Shown: one piece after another, positions 8,335 to 14,252 of the stretch
Layout of the letters: every line of letters starts with the position of its first letter
Numbering within the stretch: the stretch's first letter is position 1
From: an uncultured Gemmatimonadales bacterium
Lineage (GTDB): Bacteria > Gemmatimonadota > Gemmatimonadetes > Gemmatimonadales > GWC2-71-9
Direction: 5' to 3'
DNA length: 64,000 nt
Assembly (NCBI GenBank): GCA_963779755.1
Contig: CAVZZO010000001.1
Span: 1,340,845-1,404,844 of the forward strand
Position numbers and translations under genes: made by a program
Notes under the pieces: model-generated
What the model was told of the DNA's origin: nothing
The model's input: only the letters and a program-made list of their open reading frames with translations
Databases searched by the model: none

Positions 8335-10392
8335 TCAGAGCAGCAGGTCGCCGCGGATCCGGCTCCGCAGCGCGTACCATGCGGCGCCCGCCAGCGTGCT
8401 CCGCCGCAGGACCAGCCTCGCTTCACCGGTAAAGCCCGGGCGCCATGCGGCCCCCGAGGGAAGCGCGATTCGCACTTCGACCGGCCCGGGGCCTGCGTCG
8501 GCGCCGGCGGCCGCCACGCTGGTCACGGTGCCGGTACCGGCCCCGGCCGCTGCGGCAAAGGGCAGCAGACGCACCGGCTGACCCGGATGAGCCAGGCTGC
8601 CGGCATCGCGATCCAGGAGTAGCCGCGCTTCGCGCGGACCTTCGGCCAGGAGCAGGGCCAGGGTGTCTCCCGGCCGCAATCCTTCGCCCAGTCGTTCCTC
8701 CAGGCGCGGGGTGGCGATCACGCCGCTTGCGGGGGCCCGCAGCTCGAGCTGCGCCATCCGCTCCCGCAGCCCGGTGAGTCGCGCGCGGGTCTGGTCCCCT
8801 TCCGCCTCGAGCCGTCCGGTCAGGCCCGCCGACCGCGCGGCCCGCGCGCGATACGCCAACAGAGCCAGCGAGTCGGCCTCGCGCTGTGCCTCGGCGGCTT
8901 CCCGCTGCAGCGGCGTACTGGCCATCCGGGCGACGAGGGCGCCGGCAGAGACACGGTTGCCCTCGCGGGCGAACACCTGGGCAACGGTGCCCCCTTCACC
9001 CGCCACCAGGGCGATGGTGAGCGGCGGCTCCACCGTGAAGCGGCCCCGCACCGTGACCGGCCAGGGCAGCAGGGCCAGGAGGAACAACCCCAGGGCGCTT
9101 CCCAGTATCCAGCGGCTGCGCAGGCGGGCGCGCCAGGTGTGCCGGTGTTCCCGCACCGAGGTGCGCAGCGCCCGGGCCGCCGAGCGCAGCTTTCCCCGGG
9201 CCATGGCCCAGACCAGCAGCAGGAAGCCGGCGACGCCCAGGAGCCCGAGCGTGCGGCTGGCCCAACCCAGCACGCCACCCCCGATCAGGTAGAAGAGAAA
9301 GCCGATGTACAGCGAGGCGAGCAGGGCATAGATCAGGAAGATCCGCCGTTCGCGCGGCGTGGCCGCCGGCTCCGGGGCCTGCAGACGCAACAGGTAATGC
9401 CTGGCGGCCCAGGACAGATAGCCGAAGGCGCGTTGCCGCAGGTTGGGGATTTCCAGATAGTCGCTCAGCGCGTAGTAGCCGTCGAGCGGAATGAGCGGGT
9501 TGGCGTTAGCCAGGACGGTCGTGACGCCGCCGATCAGCACGGCGGTGAGGGCGATCTGCGCGATGAGCGTACCGGGAGCCGCCAGCCACCACACGATGGC
9601 CGCGAGCCCCGCCAGCACCAGCTGGATCCAGGAACCGGCCACCGTCACCCAGAGGCGCGCGCGTAGATCGGGGAAGGTCCAGGCGTCGTTCACGTTGCAG
9701 TAGAACGCCGGCTCGAAGTACACCAGCATGGCGCCCATCTCGTGGACCTGCCCGCCGAAGTGCTTGCAGGCAAAGGCGTGGCCCAGCTCATGAATGGCGA
9801 TGATCCCGATGCCGGTGGCGTAGAACATCAGGATGAACCCGGCCGTGTACTGGCTGGGACTGTAGATCCGCGCCACCGCGGCGCTGAAGTCGGGCCAGCG
9901 CGCCAGGCACACGGCGAGGTAGATGGCGAACAGCACCAGCGAGAGGCCGATGAACGCCGGCGTAAAGAAGAACCGCAGCCGCGGCATCCAGCGTTCCAGC
10001 AGCTGATCGGGATCGCCCACCGACCAGCGCATCCGCAGCAGACTGCCGCGATACGACGCCGGGTGCAGCCGCCGTCGCCGGTCGGCTCGCAGCCGCTCGA
10101 GCTGCAGCACCGAGCGCTCCTGCAGGCTCCGCGCGAGCAACCCCATGCGGTGCAGCCGGGCGGCGAACTTCTCCACCGCGGCGGCCGAGACGGGGATCTC
10201 CTGCTCGGCCAGCCCCGCCGCGATATCCTCCGCGGCACGCTGGCCGTCGAATTCCTGCATCACCAGCGCCTCCAGCACACCGAACCGGTAGTACTTGTGG
10301 TTCTCCGGGTCCTTGAGGATGTAGCTCCGCTCGCCCCGGTAGGTCTGTTCCACCAGAACCAGATCGTCGCGGAGGCGCGGCGCGCGGGTCAC
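8335..10392 (-). CDS. tripartite fusion: N-terminal PqqD/RRE-like soluble domain, M50 (site-2 protease family) zinc metalloprotease, and a C-terminal HlyD-type periplasmic adaptor domain
   Basis: GTG at 10392 lies one nt after the upstream stop (TGA 10394-10396). HELGHAFACKH (HExxH) and NANPLIPLDGYYALSDY (M50 second motif) sit in a polytopic region. The C-terminal part has lipoyl-like (GTVAQVFAREGNRVSAGALVARM), coiled-coil and beta-barrel adaptor features. The N-terminal 90 aa contain YYRFGVLEALVMQEFDGQRAAEDIAAGL...KFAARLHRMGLL. Confidence 0.8.
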   Translation of the reverse strand: MTRAPRLRDDLVLVEQTYRGERSYILKDPENHKYYRFGVLEALVMQEFDGQRAAEDIAAGLAEQEIPVSAAAVEKFAARLHRMGLLARSLQERSVLQLERLRADRRRRLHPASYRGSLLRMRWSVGDPDQLLERWMPRLRFFFTPAFIGLSLVLFAIYLAVCLARWPDFSAAVARIYSPSQYTAGFILMFYATGIGIIAIHELGHAFACKHFGGQVHEMGAMLVYFEPAFYCNVNDAWTFPDLRARLWVTVAGSWIQLVLAGLAAIVWWLAAPGTLIAQIALTAVLIGGVTTVLANANPLIPLDGYYALSDYLEIPNLRQRAFGYLSWAARHYLLRLQAPEPAATPRERRIFLIYALLASLYIGFLFYLIGGGVLGWASRTLGLLGVAGFLLLVWAMARGKLRSAARALRTSVREHRHTWRARLRSRWILGSALGLFLLALLPWPVTVRGRFTVEPPLTIALVAGEGGTVAQVFAREGNRVSAGALVARMASTPLQREAAEAQREADSLALLAYRARAARSAGLTGRLEAEGDQTRARLTGLRERMAQLELRAPASGVIATPRLEERLGEGLRPGDTLALLLAEGPREARLLLDRDAGSLAHPGQPVRLLPFAAAAGAGTGTVTSVAAAGADAGPGPVEVRIALPSGAAWRPGFTGEARLVLRRSTLAGAAWYALRSRIRGDLLL

Positions 10393-10393
10393 G

Positions 10394-11386
10394 TCAGGGC
10401 CGTGGCACCAGGCGTTCGCCGGCCGCCACCCCGCTGGCGATCTCCCGTCGTCCGTCGGGGAGGAGGGCGCCCAGCCGGACCGGCCGCATGGTTGTCCGGC
10501 CATTGTCCCATACCAGCACGTAGCTGCTATCCACCACGGCGCGGTCCGGTACGGCCACCACCTGGCGGCGCTCGGCGCCCAGGCGCACTATCACCGCGGT
10601 GCCCACCCGGAAGCCGGGATGGGAGCCCACCTGCAGCACCACCTCGCGGGTGCCGCTGCCCGCGTCCACCGACGGCGAGGCCCGGATCACCCGGGCCGGT
10701 ACGGTGCCCAGGCCCGCCGCGACGACCTGGGCCGCGCTGCCCACTTCCACCGTGCGTGCCGGGGCCTCCGGCACGCGCACCGAGACCAGCAGCGGAGTCG
10801 TGGCCGTGACCTGGAAGAGGGAATCGCCCGGGCTGACCAGCCGCCGGGGACGGGCCATGCGCGCAGTGACGGCTCCCGCAAAGGGTGCCACGATGCGGGT
10901 GAGGTCGCGGTTGCGCTCTGCCTGGCGCAACGCGAGGGCGGCGTGCTGCACGGCGGTCGAGGCCAGTTCCGAGTCGGACGGGGCGACAAAGCCGGATTCC
11001 GCCAGCACCCGCTGGCGCTCCAGGATGCGGCCCGCATTCTCGAACGCCTCTTTCGCCTGGGCCACGGCAATATCCTGGTCCACGCTCTCCAGCCGGGCCA
11101 GCAGCTGGCCCTCCCGAACCCGGGCACCGAGATCCACATAGACCGATTCAATGATGCCCTCGGTCCGCGCGATGACCACCGCGTCGTGATCCACGTAGAG
11201 CTGCGCGGGCAGCTCCAGCGGCACGGCAACCGTCGCGGTCTCCGCCGCCACCAGTTGCACCTGCTCATCCCGGGATGGGGTGGCGGATGCCTCCCGCGGG
11301 GAGGGCGTCCCGTCGCAGGCAGGGAGCAGGGCGGCGCCGAGCAGGAGGGCCGCCGGCCCTGCACGGCGCAGGTGCGCGAATGTCAT
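10394..11386 (-). CDS. HlyD/RND-type periplasmic adaptor (membrane fusion protein), lipoprotein
   Basis: ATG at 11386 overlaps the upstream stop (ATGA). Signal peptide MTFAHLRRAGPAALLLGAALLPAC with a lipobox. Typical MFP pattern: ..IARTEGIIESVYVDLGARVREGQLLARLE.. then a coiled coil, then ..IVAPFAGAVTAR... Confidence 0.8.
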   Translation of the reverse strand: MTFAHLRRAGPAALLLGAALLPACDGTPSPREASATPSRDEQVQLVAAETATVAVPLELPAQLYVDHDAVVIARTEGIIESVYVDLGARVREGQLLARLESVDQDIAVAQAKEAFENAGRILERQRVLAESGFVAPSDSELASTAVQHAALALRQAERNRDLTRIVAPFAGAVTARMARPRRLVSPGDSLFQVTATTPLLVSVRVPEAPARTVEVGSAAQVVAAGLGTVPARVIRASPSVDAGSGTREVVLQVGSHPGFRVGTAVIVRLGAERRQVVAVPDRAVVDSSYVLVWDNGRTTMRPVRLGALLPDGRREIASGVAAGERLVPRP

Positions 11387-13323
11387 GGACGAACCCTCCA
11401 CCAGAACAGCCGAAGCCAGCGGGCCGGTCCCCGAAGCAGCCGGCCGGCGGCGGACATCGATCCGGTGAGGACCCGGGCGTGTGCCGCCATGCCGGGACGC
11501 AGCAGCCCCGCGGGGTTGGGGATCGCGGCCCGAACGGGAAACAGCACCTCCGGCAGGGTATCGAGCGGCAACACGCCGATCTGGGTGACCCGGCCGGTGA
11601 AGGTGTGCTGGGGCAGCGCGTCCACCCGCAGCCGGACCTCCTGGCCCGCCTGCACCCGGTCGAGGTCGCGCTGCTGGACCCCGAACTCCAGCAGGAGCGT
11701 GTCGGTCCGGCCCACGGTCACCACCGGATCGCCCGCGGCCAGCCGGAGGCCGATCCGTTCCTCCGGGCGGGCGGTCAGCACCAGGCCGGAGGACGGCGCA
11801 CGCACGGTGCTGGCGGCGATCTGCTGGTCCAGCAGGGACACCTCCTGGTGCAGCCCGTCGGCCCGGCTCCGCTGCAGGCGCTCTTCCGCCGCATCGGCCC
11901 GGCTGGCTGCCAGCGCGGCCGCGCGGTCGGCCGCCAGCGCTTCACCCGCCCGCTCCTGCCGTTGCGCCTGCAGGTCGATATCCCGCAACTGCGCGAGCAT
12001 CGTACCGCGGGCGACCCGCTCGCCCTCGCGCACGGCCACCTGCTCGATCACTCCGGGGACGGGGGTGCGCACGGGGAGCAGGGCGCTGGCGCGGAAGACG
12101 GGATGCGATCCGCCGACCCGCAGGGGCCACCGGATGAGCGTCGCGGCCGCGAGCACCAGGACCGCGGCCGCCAGCCAGGCCTGCTTCCGTCGCCGCGGCA
12201 AGGCGAGGAATGCCCGCTTGCGCGCGGCCAGCGCTCCCCAGGTGTCGGCCATCGGCACCTGATGGTAGAGCTGCGCGTTGCGCAGGGCGACCGTGGTCTG
12301 GTTGGCCAGGATTTCGGCCACCTCCCGCTGGGTCGCCTGCGCGAAGTCGGGGGCCCGCGCTTCGAAGAGCAGCACGCCGAGCAGCCCCTCCTCGTCCTTG
12401 AGCGGGAGGTAGAGCCCGCTGCGCAGCTCCTCCTCCGCCAGGTCGGACCCGAAGGCGCTGACGAACGCGGCATCGGTCTCGGAACCCGCCGCCTCGCGGT
12501 CGGGCAGATAGTACGCCTCGCCCCGTGTGCCGGCCCACATGGCGCGCTCCGCCAGGCGGCGTACCGGGGGCGACTTGGCGTCCACCGACTCCTGGCCCGC
12601 GATGGCCCGGACCTCCCAGCGGCGGTTGGCGAGCAGTACCACCGCCCCCCGATCGAACACCAGGGCGCGGGCGGCGAGGTTGACGACCGACTGCAGCACC
12701 CGGTCGAGGTCCAGGGTCGCGGTGATTTCGTGGCTGATCTCCAGCAACAGCGCCAGATCGCGGGCGCGGCGCTCGGCCGCATGCAGCTGCGCGTTGCGCA
12801 GGGCCACGGCCGCGCTGGCGGCCAGGCCCTCCAGCAGCTCACGGTCCTGCTGGTCGAAGATGCCGTCACCTCCGACCTTGTTGACCACCTGGATCGAGCC
12901 CACGGTGATGCCCTTGGCCACCATGGGAGTGGCCATGATCGTGGTGGCGATCATCTGGCTGGAACGGTCCACCCGCTGTTCGAACCGCGGGTCGCGCATG
13001 GCGTCGGTGACGATCGTGGTGCGCTGTTTCCGGGCCACATCGCCCACGAACCCGGCGCCCAGCGGCATGGCGGTGCCCACCAGTTTCCGGCTGGAGGCAC
13101 CCAGCGCCAGGCGGCAGCGGAGTTCGTCGCCTTCCGCGATCCAGAGGGATCCCCCCTGGGCGCCGACCGCGCTCAGGACGGCGTCAAAGACCCGCGGGAG
13201 CAGGGCATCGAAATCGAGGGACGAATTGAAGTCCTGGCTGATACGGTGCAGGAGGCGCAGCCGCTCGACCTCCGCCCGCAGTTCCGCCTCTTCAAAGGCT
13301 GCGATCTCGGGCGGCTCGGTCAT
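11383..13323 (-). CDS. GAF-GAF-TM-HlyD protein: two cytoplasmic GAF domains fused through one TM helix to a periplasmic adaptor domain
   Basis: Two GAF-like units (..LLHRISQDFNSSLDFDALLPRVF...GFVGDVARKQRTTIVTDAMRDPRF.. and ..LLLEISHEITATLDLDRVLQSVV..), each ending in ALRNAQL. The TM segment is AWLAAAVLVLAAATLI. Adaptor motifs follow (VIEQVAVREGERVARGTMLAQL, a coiled coil, VRAPSSGLVLT). Confidence 0.8.
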   Translation of the reverse strand: MTEPPEIAAFEEAELRAEVERLRLLHRISQDFNSSLDFDALLPRVFDAVLSAVGAQGGSLWIAEGDELRCRLALGASSRKLVGTAMPLGAGFVGDVARKQRTTIVTDAMRDPRFEQRVDRSSQMIATTIMATPMVAKGITVGSIQVVNKVGGDGIFDQQDRELLEGLAASAAVALRNAQLHAAERRARDLALLLEISHEITATLDLDRVLQSVVNLAARALVFDRGAVVLLANRRWEVRAIAGQESVDAKSPPVRRLAERAMWAGTRGEAYYLPDREAAGSETDAAFVSAFGSDLAEEELRSGLYLPLKDEEGLLGVLLFEARAPDFAQATQREVAEILANQTTVALRNAQLYHQVPMADTWGALAARKRAFLALPRRRKQAWLAAAVLVLAAATLIRWPLRVGGSHPVFRASALLPVRTPVPGVIEQVAVREGERVARGTMLAQLRDIDLQAQRQERAGEALAADRAAALAASRADAAEERLQRSRADGLHQEVSLLDQQIAASTVRAPSSGLVLTARPEERIGLRLAAGDPVVTVGRTDTLLLEFGVQQRDLDRVQAGQEVRLRVDALPQHTFTGRVTQIGVLPLDTLPEVLFPVRAAIPNPAGLLRPGMAAHARVLTGSMSAAGRLLRGPARWLRLFWWRVRP

Positions 13324-13386
13324 GGCCGGTCCTTTCGGCGCGACTGGTCAGGGGTGAACAGTCTCGATAGCGCCAGACATGGTCAG

Positions 13387-13668
13387 TCAGGGCCGCCTGG
13401 GCGGCCGCCCGGGCAACGGGACGGCAGGGTGCTCCCGTGTGAGGCGCAACCTGAGGCGCGACGCCCGGGGCGCCCCGCCCTGGCGATCCGGCCCGCGGCT
13501 AGCAGAGCGGGTGCAGAGCTCCCGCAGATCCGGCAGGCGGAACTCGAGGGCGGCTGCCTCGATAGACAGGATGTCACGAACCTGTCGCCGCTGCCGGGGC
13601 GTCAATCTCAGGCGGAATACGGGGGTGGAGCTTCTGGTCACAATGCTGCCTGGCTTCCCGATCGTCAA
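13387..13668 (-). CDS. possible third, divergent paralog of the leader-like micro-ORFs (C-terminal half looks degenerate)
   Basis: Track ORF 13387..13668. The segment PVFRLRLTPRQRRQVRDILSIEAAALEFRLPDLRE aligns by hand with the VRLVLTPEQREQVR...AEALELSVQELEE core of the two upstream micro-ORFs. The tail is Arg/Pro-rich and may be decayed. Confidence 0.35.
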   Translation of the reverse strand: MTIGKPGSIVTRSSTPVFRLRLTPRQRRQVRDILSIEAAALEFRLPDLRELCTRSASRGPDRQGGAPRASRLRLRLTREHPAVPLPGRPPRRP

Positions 13669-13714
13669 CTTCCCCCGGCCCGGCCCTCCTGGGGCCCGGG
13701 CCGGGGGGACCTGC

Positions 13715-13882
13715 TCATAAGGGATGGGTGGACCTCCAGCCCTGCGCCGTCATGGGAGCGATACGCTCCTCCAGCTCCTGCACGCTGAGTTCCAGAGCCT
13801 CAGCGTCCTTGTTGGTGGCCTGGCGCACCTGCTCCCGCTGCTCGGGAGTCAGCACCAGTCGCACCGACGATCGATTCGCCAT
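13715..13882 (-). CDS. leader-like micro-ORF B (55 aa): MANRSSVRLVLTPEQREQVRQATNKDAEALELSVQELEERIAPMTAQGWRSTHPL
   Basis: This ORF is below the size cutoff of the supplied track and was found by hand translation of the minus strand. ATG at 13882, TGA at 13715-13717, GAGG about 8 nt upstream. About 24 of 37 core positions are identical to micro-ORF A. Confidence 0.6.
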   Translation of the reverse strand: MANRSSVRLVLTPEQREQVRQATNKDAEALELSVQELEERIAPMTAQGWRSTHPL

Positions 13883-13949
13883 ACGAACCTCGCCGAACCA
13901 GATGGAGAAAGGATGGCGGGAGAGCCCGGCTCTCCCGCCGTGATCATCC

Positions 13950-14108
13950 TCAGTTGCCGCCCGGCGTCAGCTTGGCCGGAGCGATGCGCTCTTCCAGCTC
14001 CTCGGCGCTCAACTCGAGCGCATCGGCGTTCTTGCCGGTCACCTTGCGGATCTCGTTCTGCTGTTCCGGAGTCAGCTTGATCCGGACGGGTCCTTTGCTG
14101 TCGGCCAT
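13950..14108 (-). CDS. leader-like micro-ORF A (52 aa): MADSKGPVRIKLTPEQQNEIRKVTGKNADALELSAEELEERIAPAKLTPGGN
   Basis: It is the C-terminal 52 codons of the spurious long track ORF 13950..14861. ATG at 14108 is preceded by AGGGGG (caacagggggttaccATG). It is paralogous to micro-ORF B. Confidence 0.65.
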   Translation of the reverse strand: MADSKGPVRIKLTPEQQNEIRKVTGKNADALELSAEELEERIAPAKLTPGGN

Positions 14109-14172
14109 GGTAACCCCCTGTTGATGTGATGCGGTGAGTGGCGCGATCCACGGGAAGCAAGCTCGGGGGCGG

Positions 14173-14224
14173 CCGTGATATTTCCGTGATTTTCCCTTGC
14201 GGCCCCGTGATCGGGTGGTAGCTT
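14173..14224 (+). promoter_or_regulatory. three CCGTGAT heptad direct repeats (14173, 14184, 14205; spacing 11 and 21 nt) followed 7 nt later by a -10-like TAGCTT; candidate SARP-type activator site
   Basis: Read directly in the divergent spacer between micro-ORF A and the BTAD regulator. Helical-face phasing matches the known mode of SARP binding to heptameric repeats. Confidence 0.4.
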
Positions 14225-14252
14225 GGGAATCCCTCTCGGCAGCTTCGAGCCC

